NCBI RefSeq assembly: GCF_004010195.1
Contig: NC_057718.1
Span: 43,983,809 to 44,047,808, forward strand
Length of the DNA stretch: 64,000 nucleotides
Source of the DNA: Chiloscyllium plagiosum
Lineage: Eukaryota
Direction of reading: 5' to 3'
Shown here: piece after piece, positions 39,601 through 51,500 of the stretch
How positions within the stretch are numbered: position 1 is the stretch's first letter
Layout: the number at the start of each line of letters is the position of its first letter
Made by a program: the position numbers and the translations under genes
Notes under the pieces: generated by a model
Database searches by the model: none
What the model was told of the DNA's origin: nothing
What the model saw: the letters and a program-made list of their open reading frames with translations, nothing else

Positions 39601-41587
39601 CCAGCAAGAAATTATTCAACCTCTGCCACCTTCAAGTCTTCTGTAGTGATGCACTTTTGAATAAACAGTAACAGATTTTATTGAACCTGCTAAAATTGGG
39701 CTCCAGTTCCATGTCATCTGATGTCACTATGATATAGCCTCTTTTGCCTAAGCTTAGCAATTATATCCAGAATAATGTGCAATTTCCTTTGCTCTACATC
39801 TCCCCCCACGTACTTTTACAGTATTGAAAACAACAAATGCTGGAGATCACAGCTGGTCAGACAAAATCCATGAAGAGAGAGCAAGCTAACATTTTGATTC
39901 TAGATGACTCTTCATCATAGCTGAAGTGAGGTGTGAAGGGGGCAGCATTTATGCGATAGTTTGGGAGTTTACAGTATCTCATTTTATCTTCAACATTAAA
40001 TCATGCATACGTAAAAGTTTGAATTCACTCCTACCTCCCACCGTGTCACTTGAGCTTGAAGAACTAAACTCCAAAAGTAACCTCAGTTCTGTAGCAGCCT
40101 CCTGGCAGCTAAAGCACAGATAGATAGCTAACTTGGCCAAACAGCAAGGGATGCTGGGTACATTGGGCAAGGGAAACTTTGAAATCACAAAACCCACACA
40201 CCAGACACAATGCAAACACAGTAGCCAGGTGCTAATGACATTAGAATAATGCAAAAAGGCAAAAGTTATATTAGATAGACACCCTGAACAACTTATCCAC
40301 CAACAAATGAGGGCGCAGGCAGAAAGGCACCGCGGCCTGCTACACAAAGAAATAAAGAGTAGCTGACCATCTCAATGATTGACAATGTTTCAAACTATTA
40401 AGCATGTCTCCCTGATTGGCCAAACTTTAGAAATTTCTGGAAAACCATCCAAAAAGGTATAAAATAGTATTCATCTGCAGACTACTCTCTTGTTAAATCT
40501 TCTGGATGCCTCCTGAGGAGATCAGCATGGCAAGAGGCAGAGACCAGCTGACCATCCAGAGACAGTGAGGAAGAGAAAAAGTAGTTTCATAGTCCCACAG
40601 AGATAGACAGAGAGATTGGCTCTGCAAATATACAAGAGACTTGGGAAGCATTGTAAATTTAAGAGGCTAAATAGGAAGAGAGATAATATTGTTTAGTGTA
40701 AAAGCTATTGTTTCCTAAGAAAGTTGGGACTGTTTTGTATTGGTACAAGCTCATGTTTGTAGTAATTGGATTGGTTTGATATGTGGGATATTTGGCCAAA
40801 TTCATTCATAACATTTTGGACTGAGTTGTCCAACTTGTTTAAGGAGGAACTAGACATCAGTTCTCTTAGAGAAACGTAGGGCATTTATGCTCTTAAGTCA
40901 AGTATTTTCTTTGACACACAAACACATTGAAGACAGCTTCTGACAGCTGCTGAATAGACTGAAAAGACTCACTAGTGTTTTTACAATTTGTTGATGGTCC
41001 TGCTTTCAGATGCTAATGATACAGATCACCAGTTGCTGGCCATTGAATATGAAAATGATCCACTTTGGACTTATTCTTTCTGTCTGGATGACTTCTTACT
41101 AGCTACTTGAAGTAGTTTACTTCTTGGTGGGCCTTTGGTAATGATTGAAGTTTTTCTCTGAACATGTCCCGCTTGTGTCGATCTTTTCACTGCAAGATTT
41201 CAAAGATCTGTTGTACACAATTAGTTACTGCCTGTGTGGTACTATACACTTTGACTGAAGCTCCAGTGTTCTTAAATTTGTTGTGAAGATCTGAAACCTT
41301 TTTATTATATGGCTGTACATCTCCATAAGTCATACTATCATAAATTCTGCAATCCCCTAACTTCATCGGTACTCCCTGTGCTTTCATTAGTGGTTGAATG
41401 AGTACAAGGTTCTGTTCTTGCTTGCTAACAAGGGACAAGATTTTTGGAAGGAACGTCATCTAACTGGGACTGTAATTGACAGTTCTGACTCTCCTTAGCA
41501 GTTTCTACACAATAATTAGACAACTTCACTTATTCCTTATCTTCTTCAAGAAAGGATTGACTCATCTTAAATGAAACTGCTTTTTTT

Positions 41588-41910
41588 TTAGAATTTAGAA
41601 TCCCTACAGACCCTTCATCCCAACAGGTCCACACGAACCCTCTGAAGAATCTCCCACCCAAACCCATTACTCTATCTCTACCCCTGACTAATGCAGCTAG
41701 CCGACCCATCCCTGAACACTATGGGCAATTTAGCATGGCCAATAAACCTAACCTGCACATCTTTGGATTGTGGGAGGAAACTAGAGCACCCTGAGGAAAC
41801 CTATGCTGACACAGGGAGAATGTGCAAACTCCACACAGACAGTTGCCCAAGGCTGGAATTGAACCTGGGTCCCTGTGAGACAGCAATGCTAACCACTGAG
41901 CCACCATGCC
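41588..41910 (-). mobile_element. HE1 SINE
   Basis: GGGCAATTTAGCATGGCC...TGTGCAAACTCCACACAGAC...AACCACTGAGCCACCATGCC. Confidence 0.9.
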
Positions 41911-43821
41911 TTGCAGCAATATTCTGAGGAAGTGCGGTTGCTGAATTAAAAGCATTGTAAAGTCCAAGGTTTTGGATGAGAGTAAATGAATGACCTGTGT
42001 CCTGACTCATTCTCTGTGTCAATACTCTGAAAAAGCAAGCCACTGTTCAGAATCCCCTTTGGTGACTGACCACTGCCTCCTTTGGCCACTTCTTTTCCGA
42101 CAGTAGCCAGTTTCTGCTTTGAAAGAAATGGAGGGACTGGCCCACCCTTTTGTAATGCTAGGACAGAAGTGTCTTTGGTGTCTGCTAATTCAAAGAATTG
42201 AGAGCTACTTTGGTAGGTCTGCTGTTTCAAAGGTCATAATGATTAGAAAGCTAGTACAAAGTCTCTGTAATCTCTTTTCCATGTAGCAAAGTATATATCT
42301 GGCCTCTTACACTGATGCTTGAATTTCCCAAGCTCCAAAGCGTGAAGGAAGGAAGTCTGAGGACCACATTCGTAACATGGCTTAGCATCCAAAAGATCCA
42401 ATATATCCACCCCGAATCCAATTTGACATGAGTTTTTTCTATCAGTTACCATAATATCTGCTTACCAGAACTAATATTACAGGTCTATTAGTTCACCCAA
42501 GAAGAATATGTCTGTTCATTTCGATCCTCATGATCCATATTTATATGCCTCCACACACCAAAGTGGTCTATCTTTGAACTTTTGACATGATTAAAATGTT
42601 CCTTTGGTGAGGCTATTGTATCTGGTCCTGTGCTGGCTCAGCTTTCCTGCACAGTTTGTGACATTTCCCCCAGTCATGGAAGATAATGTGAAATCAGCAC
42701 ACTATTTTATGGAGAGGGACCTGGAGGTCCTGGTGGTTGGGATGGTGCAGAGCAGGACTGTGCTCCTCCCCCAGGACTGGCGGAGGAAGACACAACACCA
42801 AACCGTACCGGACTGGCCTGAGGTTGCCGTCCATGTCAGTATACTCTCAACCCTTTAGAAGCTACAGGAAATTCAATCATCTTCTCCACTTTACCAGGGT
42901 CAGTGCCAACATTTTCTCCCTGCTACCTCATACTTGCTCTGTCTCTGGTAGTGAACCTCCTTCCCACCAACGCTCATGCTTTACCATTATCTTCCCTCAC
43001 TTGCCTTTACCCACTGCAAATCGTACACTTTGCATCGCCTCTGCAGCTCCTTTTCACTCACTCAGGGCATCTCACTATTTCCCGCACTTAACATCTGTGA
43101 AATCCACTTTCATCTCATTCAATCCTTCCCTTTCTCTCAAAACAGGAGCAAATAGCCTCAATAAGACAGAAAGAGCCAAGACATGTGGTGGCGTGCCTGA
43201 CACAGCTTCTCATCCATTACAAGAGGAGGAACCTGATCCTAACTACCCCAAGTGTTTGACTAATAATGTCCAAGCCTGACAGACTGATAGCAGAAGATGC
43301 TCTTGACTTGCTGTGTCAAGGTCCTCTGACTCATGGCTGTCTCCCTTGACTTAAATGAGGACTGCTCCCCTTAGACTTTCAGACATGCGTGTCAGCTTGC
43401 AATTGTAGACAACAAGCTCATGATGCAGCTTGGAGATTGATGTAGCACTGTGCCATACAGCAATATATCCATTCCCTTTACTGATGACTAATGACCAAGA
43501 TGACAAGCTGCCTGATTTTGGATCCGTGCTAAACTGCAAGGCAATATATAGATCCTACGAACCTTTGAAGAGCAGCTGAGGGGGCAAGTGCTGAAATGCA
43601 AGGCAAAGACGTTGTGAGCATTGATATAGTGCAAAGTGAGTAAGTGAGAAGAGAGCAAGCGAGGATCCCTGAGGTGCATCCCAGTCCAGTCCATGAGCTG
43701 GTGCCTGTCCTGCACACAAAGTGTTCTTGCAAGAGCTTAAGAATGAAATGAACTGGAGTGTATCGTTTATGTGCAGAAGCAAGTTGTACATGAATTGGAG
43801 ATGTGTAGTGATGAATAGTGA

Positions 43822-44022
43822 TGGTTTGGAGATGTCGGTTTTGGACTGGAGTGTACAAAGTTAAAAATCACACAACACCAGATTATAGTGTAACAGGTTT
43901 AATTGGAAGCACTGGCTTTCAGAGCGCTACTCCACAACTATCTGATGAAGGAGCAGCGCTCCAAAAGCTAGTGCTTCCAATTAAACCCATTGGACTACAA
44001 CCTGGTGTTGTGTGATTTTTAA
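43822..44022. mobile_element. Palindromic Penelope-terminal-repeat element (same family as 15925)
   Basis: AAAAATCACACAACACCAG ... CTGGTGTTGTGTGATTTTT arms. TSD TGATGAA(T/C)AGTGA at 43809-43821 and 44023-44035. Confidence 0.88.
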
Positions 44023-44445
44023 TGATGAACAGTGAGGATGGCATGTTGTAAATGCCAACATCCTAGGAGGTGGGGTCTGAATGGCTGCTGCTCTTGCAGG
44101 TTATCCTGAGATGTTGGCGCTGGGTGTTCAAGATGGAGGCCTTAAGGAAAAAATGGTGAGCTGGGGTCGTCAGGTATCTGCTCAGAATTTCATGTTGGGA
44201 GTTCCCGGTGACTAGTTTCTATCCTGTTGAGGGAAGAACAGGTGCCTACATGTTAAAGATGCAAGGTGGATCGTAACGAGGATGATAAAGAGCAATCGCC
44301 TCCATTAATCTATATGCCTCTTGTCACTCACTTGTGAGGATCTGGCATTGATACCCAGGACTTGGTTGGAAAATGCGACTAGTCAGTCTCATGGCGAGAA
44401 AGTTCTCGCTCGAAACCTCATGTAATTCTCCCAATTTCCCACCTT

Positions 44446-44764
44446 GGGGTGGCATGGTCACTCAGTGATTAGCACTGCTGCCTCACAGTGCCAGGGACCC
44501 AGGTTTGATTCCAGCCTCGGGTGACTGTCTGTATGGAGTTTACATTCTCCCCGTGTCTGTGTGGGTTTCCTCCAGGTGCTCTGGTTTCCTTCCACAGTCC
44601 AAAGATGTGCAGGTCAGGTGAATTTGCCATGCTAAGTTGCCCATAGTGTTAGGTGCATTAGGCAGAGGGAAATAGGTCTGGGTGGGTTACTCTTTGGAGG
44701 GTTGGTGCGAACCTGTCAGGCCGAAGGGCCTGTTTCCACACTGTAGGGAATCTAATCTAATCTA
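44446..44764 (+). mobile_element. HE1 SINE
   Basis: Typical head, core and (TCTAA)n tail. Confidence 0.92.
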
Positions 44765-47700
44765 AAAAAAGGCCAACATTGTTCAGAGCCCAGGAAGATT
44801 CTGCCCAATGTCTCCCTCCTCTTGCTAACAAATGTTTGTACTTTGAAATCCCAATTAATCTCAAGGGTGAGTGCCTGATGTTAATAATGCAAATGCCTCT
44901 CAGTAATGTTTGATTATATTCAAATCATCTCATTCTGAAGATTTGGATCAGAATCAGCACAGTGACAAATAAAGGGGATAATTCCTGCCCTCTGGTAATT
45001 TTCAACAGTGATGCAATGACTCCATTCTCTGAAATACACATACTCCACATATCAAATGCATAATAGAGCATGTAATGACAGGATCTCAAACAATAATTAT
45101 ACTTATGTTCTCTTAGATTCCACCTGCTTTCCTGAAAGAGCAAAGTGAATCTAATGGTCAATGAGGTGTTCCACTTGCCAAGCACCTATCTCACTATGTT
45201 GCATCACAGTACTGGTGAACATAATTAGAGAGAAGATCAGTGAAATAGAGGCAGATATTAGGTTAAGACACAAAAAATAATCTAGACCTATATTTGGGTT
45301 CAGACTGCAGAAGCAGTGTGTGCCCTGACCAGGAGGGTCAAGGATCAATAGAAATTGGTTACTGGCATACAGATGGCAGTCTGTCCCTGCAGGTTTCATT
45401 AGAACATATGACACATCTCAGTGATAGCCTCCCTGCTGAGCCTAAGGCTACGCATGCTGTTCGTCATGGCCAGACAGCTGACCCAATTGCAGCAGACCCA
45501 CTGTATGGGGTAGTACTTGCTGTGAGTTGCATTCCCAGACTATTCTGTTCTCCGACTGTTACACCATTCAATATCTGTCATTAACTGAAGTACTCTTCCT
45601 CTCAAACAGCAAACTTCTGACACAAAATGGTGATTCTTCAAAATCTTCTATTCAGTAAGCTTATGTATGCCAGGCCTGACGTTTCAATCTCAAAATGTTC
45701 ATTTTTTCTGTTATCCTCCGCAGCTGCTTCATTTCTAATGATTGGTATTTAACAAGGCCTTAACAAGCAGAAATAGGCTTTATTCTGACACTTCACTAAT
45801 ATTCCTGAAGACATTTTGGAATCGGAGGAATCTTCAAAGAAATGCTAAGTGTGACAAATAGTCAATTAGTACCTTCTGTCAGCATGACACTTTTTCAACT
45901 CACCTCCACTTTTTCCACAAATATTATTGAAGAGAGGATAATGTGGTTCTAAACGGTCAACGATGATAATGCTAGCTTATTTTTTTTAAAATAAACAATG
46001 GATTACATCAACTTGTTAATATACTTCAGTATAATTATCAGTTCATTATCACTTGAAATGACAAAGTGTTATGCTTTGTCTGTATTTATACCACTAATTG
46101 CGATTTTCTGCTAAAATGGTTACTGCTTTATCATTTAACTAAGTGTGTTAATTATGTTATACATTTTTGTTCTGCTGAGATACTGAGTTAATTTCCAGTA
46201 CAGTTTATATTCTAAAACACTTTTATTAATCATAGAAGCACAAATATTTTTGTTAAAAATTAGAAATGAGCAATTTGGCAATGTGCACCTAGATACGATA
46301 GCACTGCACTTGCAGTGTTCCAGCTCCCTCTACCTTCTGGCAAAGTGACAAATGCTAGTGTCTGTATTCATGAAGATGTGGCTTGTAATAATACTAAAAT
46401 TATTACAGCTGTTTCCATAATTTTGTAGGTAATAGTTTCAGCAGATTAAATGACATTTAATGATTAATTGCACAAAATAAATGGGGAAAGATCAAGAAAA
46501 CTAAGATTGTAGGCAGTGTTTCAAATATATAGCAAATAGATCAGTCAATAAACAATAAGAGTTTAAAAAATAAATAAATAAGAAGAGGAATTTAATATTT
46601 TTGACACAAGCCTTTTTCTCTACCCAAAATAATTAAGTATCTCTTTCAGCTACAAACCTGCTGACTGTGCATTTCGGATCGTTTCGGATAATAATAATTA
46701 ACATAACTTCGGATTGTACATTTGGAAATGAAAACTTGGTAATCTGTGATAGCTGCAAGTTGCAAATATCATCACCCATACCTCCAGAATTATAATGTGG
46801 GAATTTACAAATTTCAAAACCAAATCCCCTTCTGAAATTAAATGGGTGCAACAGAAGTCATTCTACTTTTAAATACAATAGTTCAGAATCAAATAAGGTA
46901 CTATTTAAATCAGATGACCTCCAATTCAACAGAAGTACAAGTATTTCACACCCAGTTTAAAAAAAACATACCAATTCAGTTCTGACAGAGGTCCATAAAT
47001 TACTTATAACAGCATTTGAAAGATCACGAAGTAGTTGTGAGTAATCACAATGAGGTCTAATTACTGGGGCAATTAGCTGTGTAACTTCAGTGATTGATTG
47101 GAGCTTAAGTCGATCTTGAGGATCTTATTGAAGATGGCCAGGAAGCAATCTTTCAAAAGCTAGCAACCTGGTCTGGAACTGTACGTGAGCACCATGATGG
47201 TGATTGAAACCTAGAAGACAGACATTTTTTTTACCTTACCGTGCACAAGCTTGAGTTCCTTTCAAGCATTTTGTTTTAAATTCTATATGAAAGGACTGCT
47301 GTTAAAAAAGTTAATCTTTATGCTTCCATTGATTTTCATTTAGTAAAGAATGTGGTCATCAAAATGCTTAAATCTTCATAGAAAGCATGTTAAGTAAACA
47401 GCTTTCTTTTCAATTAGATTTGATCATAATTTAAAGTGATATGCAACTAATGTAAATATATTATTTTAAAAGGTAATGTCAATAAATGATAGCTTGAAAA
47501 TATAATTAATAGTCCCCAGTCTTTCTTCTAAAAGAAACCACGAGGTAGATTTTTGCCTTTGTCACCTGGGCTTTAAGCATCACCAAGAAGGGTGCGGAAG
47601 AGAAAACTTGGCGGGAAGATCCACAGAACACTAACAGAATGTCAAGATCTTCCTTCCAGTCATTTTGGGGAAGGGAAACAAGACATGTCCTGCTACCAAC

Positions 47701-47871
47701 ATGCAAATATCTACACCACATTTTCTTTCTATACTCAATCCTAATGCTCAGATGGTAAAGAGAGAAAGTACCCTCTATGAAAGTTCTAACTTGCAACAAA
47801 AAAATGTCATGGGAAGAGATTGCATTTACTGAGGTCAATCAAAGATACCACAGTAGATGTAAGTTTAGTTG

Positions 47872-48045
47872 TCATAGAGTCATAGAATCATATAGCACAG
47901 AAACAGACCCATCGGTCCAACCAGTCCATGTCACCAAAAATCCCAAACTAAATTCATCCCACTTGTCTGCACTTGGCCTATATCTCTCCAAACATTTCTT
48001 ATTTATGCACTTATCCAAATGCATTTTACATGTTGTAGTCACCAC
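47872..48045 (-). mobile_element. CR1/HER1 3' end
   Basis: CATAGAGTCATAGAATCATATAGCACAGAAACAGACCC tail. Confidence 0.82.
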
Positions 48046-48417
48046 GTTTCAAATTTTCTAGCTGAATTTCTTTACAGGTTGTGAATCTTGAAGTAGTTAA
48101 AATATTATATATAGCCTTTTGAATCATTCACAGAATCTGTTTGAATAGCCTGAATTGACCACTAAATATATTTATGTATTTCAAAACAGCAGGTCTGAAG
48201 TTTCCAAAGACATCTATTTTAATGTTTTACACCAAAAATGTAAATATATTATTGAGAACTTTTAAAAAACAATTCCTAAAGAAAACAATTAGAAAGCGTT
48301 CATTATGCACCACGAGACTGTTTAACATCTTAAAATAGAAATGATTGGTTAATAATTTTGGTGTAGAAGGTCAGGGCAATTTTCTAATAAGTTATGATTA
48401 TTTTTGCAATGGATGAA

Positions 48418-48550
48418 AGCAAAAATACTGTAAAACCTGGAAATCTGAAACAAAATGAAAAGTGCTGGAGTAACTCAGCATGTCTGGCAGCATCTATGAA
48501 GAAAGAAACAGGGTTAGTGTTTCGAGTCCAGTATAACTTCCCTTTAGAAT
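48418..48550 (-). mobile_element. Short Penelope-derived terminal-repeat element
   Basis: GCTGGAGTAACTCAGCATGTCTGGCAGCATCTATG...GTTTCGAGTCC. Confidence 0.65.
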
Positions 48551-51500
48551 TCCAGTTTGAATCTTAGCTCTTTAACTCTCTCCATGTTTGAGATGGTTTC
48601 AGTTATTTCCAAGTAATTGAGACTCAAATCTATTGGATTAGCAAAAATGTTAGTTATTTGAAGATTACATTTAAAATCATTGTCTAGATTGATAACCCCC
48701 CTATCCTTTGTGGCTGTTATTCATGGGGCAATGCAAGTACTTGTTTTCCGTATTCTAATTAATATTTATGTATGATGATCTTGCGATAAAGATTGCATAT
48801 AGCGTAACTTGTTACATGTTTTTCAAATCCTATGTACTGGCCGAAGGGCCTGTTCTGCGCTGTACTGTTCTATGTTCTATGTAATCTGTTAAACAAATCA
48901 TTATAAAATATGTCTCATTTTCATGTTTTATTAGTTAGTTTAAAACTGTGATGAAGAATTGTGGTATGTTCTGCCATTCAATTAGATCATGGTTGAACTG
49001 CATCTTGGAAAGGATTTGTAGCTCTTCCTGAGGCCAGCATTGGAGTTGTGGCATGGGAACCAAAATATAGCTTCATAGGTCAACACACCACTTTGCATGC
49101 TCCATCCTACTTCCAGCCATTTTTGTGGGAGTCGGATTGGTGGATGGTGAAGCACAGTGTTGACTCATTGAAAAACAATTACATTCAATTCAAGGAGGCA
49201 GTCTGGAATGTAACCAGTTCAATTTAACCTCCAAATTCCCACAGGTGGCAGGGGCTAATTTAGATGCCTGAAGGCAAAGTGTCATCAATAGTTGGGAGTG
49301 AGGGCAGGGCAAGTCTAAAGGCCTTCTCTGTCTGCCTGGGTGCAGGATCAGCTGCAGAATGCTCTGTAGAGGAGCTTTTGCTTCTCTCATGGTGATGCCT
49401 TGGTTCTAACAGCCATTATATTTCGGTTTTAAGAAGTTGCAATGAGTGTGCCTCAGTTTTTAAGAGTCTTCTTTCTTGCTTGCCTTCAAGCTGGAAGGCC
49501 TTTGATTAGGCTTTGGCACACCCATGTAGTATCCCTATGTCTCCTGTCTCCTTGTCAGTTAAGGGCGGGTCATGTAAAATTAACAATAAATGACTGCCCA
49601 CCCAGGGTCATATTTGTCGCCCAGAAACATCTCCATCTCCACTGTGAAGAAAACGTTTCTGCCCATTTATTCACTGTAGTTCCAAAACACCTCTTCCTAA
49701 CAAAAATCTATCAATCTTCGTCTTCAACTTTTCAACTGATCAAATATCAACAGCTTTTTGTAGGCAAGAGTTCCAGTTTTCCCTTATGTTTGTGTGAAGG
49801 AATTATGCTGACGTTATTCTTGAATGGTCTAGCTCTAATTTTAATTTAAAATGATGGCCCTTTGTTCTGAGCTCCACACTTGAGAGCTTCTGAAGGAAGG
49901 AAAGTTTTCTTTTTTCTTGTTTAATGCATTCTGACTTAATATGCCTGCTTGTCTTACCAATTTAATTACACAACATTAAAATCCCTACTTGTTTTTGAAC
50001 ATCATTGTACAAACTCAGACCAATCTGTAAGCCTGACATTTTAATCAAACACACATCCAAAACAACTAATCATCTTTACAATCAAATAAGCTTCCCTGCT
50101 GCCTTTAGTTACCTGGGAATTCAGATTTCAGTTTCTATTCTGAAATTCTCAGCGGTGTCTTCATTGCTGTCATATATCTGATTGGAAGCTGTGGCAAACC
50201 TGTTTTGTATTCATTCAGAATCCACATTTATCAAGAAAAAATAAAGTTATAGTTTATATGCTAGTAAATAGAAAAAAAATGGTTTCCTATAGCATTAACA
50301 CTGGAATTTGGATGTTAAAGACAAATAGTGAATTCTATAAACTTTAGCAATCTCCTGTTTGTTTTTACAAATTCCAATGCAGTTGTAATATTAATTACTT
50401 TACAACAAGCTCTGCTTTATGTATTTGTTTTCTATTTCTTGTTTCTCAGAAACTTTACAACAAATATCACTTCTTGAACTTTGTCAATCTGTCAAGTGCT
50501 TCCTATGGGTAATAAGAGATGAGGGCATAAAAAAATCATCCATTGTGGGTTGGGATTGCTTTTCCTGCCTTAGCCTCAAATACCACCAAAGCACAAGAGA
50601 ATGTTGAATTCAGACAGAGATGATAAATGAAATAAAAAGATATCTGTTATTAGACTACTGCCATGTCATGAGTTCACCTGTAAAAAGAAGAATCCTGGAA
50701 ATTCGAAATTAAGTATTAAGTGCTGAAATAAAGCATCACTTTCTGTTTTTTTTAGCAAGGCTTGAATATTTTTCAGCTTTGCAGTAATTAATTCATCTGG
50801 GATTACATAATAATAAAAAAAAAGGTATTTAGTAAAATATGTTTGTAACTTTTTTATTGCTGTTCTATTATTTTAGGGAATGATAAATCAAGTCCTATTG
50901 ATTTCTTTTTTGATATTTCAGTAAGGGGACTTTTTCAATGTTAACTGCATTCACCATGTTATCTTTTCCATTGATTTTGCAGCTAGTGGAGCATTTTTGA
51001 TGTATAGTGATTTTTTAAATTGAACTAAATGGTTGGTTTTTGCTTTTACAATTCCATTAATACTTTATGACCATCGTGTAATGCTATTTCATACCTGAAT
51101 TCTTACTTCTTGAATTGTAATAGCTTCTACTTTGAGCATGATTTTTGCATGGAAAAGTCTACAATACGATTTCTCATTCAAAGATATGTTAATTCACAAT
51201 AAAATTATTACTACCCATGAAATGATTCTTGAATGATAAATATTTTCAATGTACCAGTTTTCCTAGAATGCTCAAAAGAGATTGTACTCTTTTAATTTTA
51301 AGTTATTTATAAGTAAGAGTTTTGCAGCCCAAATAGATTTGAAAGTGGTATGCCAACAGTCAAAATTGATCAAATTGTTTAAAAAGGATTTACATAATCA
51401 AGCTGCTAACTCTGTGTCACCAAGTTGATCAGTTTTCTCTTTAAACTGTGAGTGTGGTATACTCCCAGTATGCTTTGGGAATAATTTTGGCTCATCCCAG

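Larger units (their letters stand above)
42600..44806 (+). mobile_element. Decayed PIF/Harbinger-type DNA transposon with Myb/SANT-like ORF remnant
   Basis: FMERDLEVLV...WPEVAVHVS / RKFNHL at about 42700-42890. The 43650-43720 segment is shared (inverted) with 59170-59240 and 63580-63650. Right terminus AAGATTCTGCCC; left boundary uncertain. Confidence 0.65.

Noticed and set aside
40080..40900. Possible solo LTR (TATA-like GGTATAAAA; similar impression at 19.5-20.9 kb)
   Set aside because: No convincing TG...CA boundaries or TSD could be fixed.
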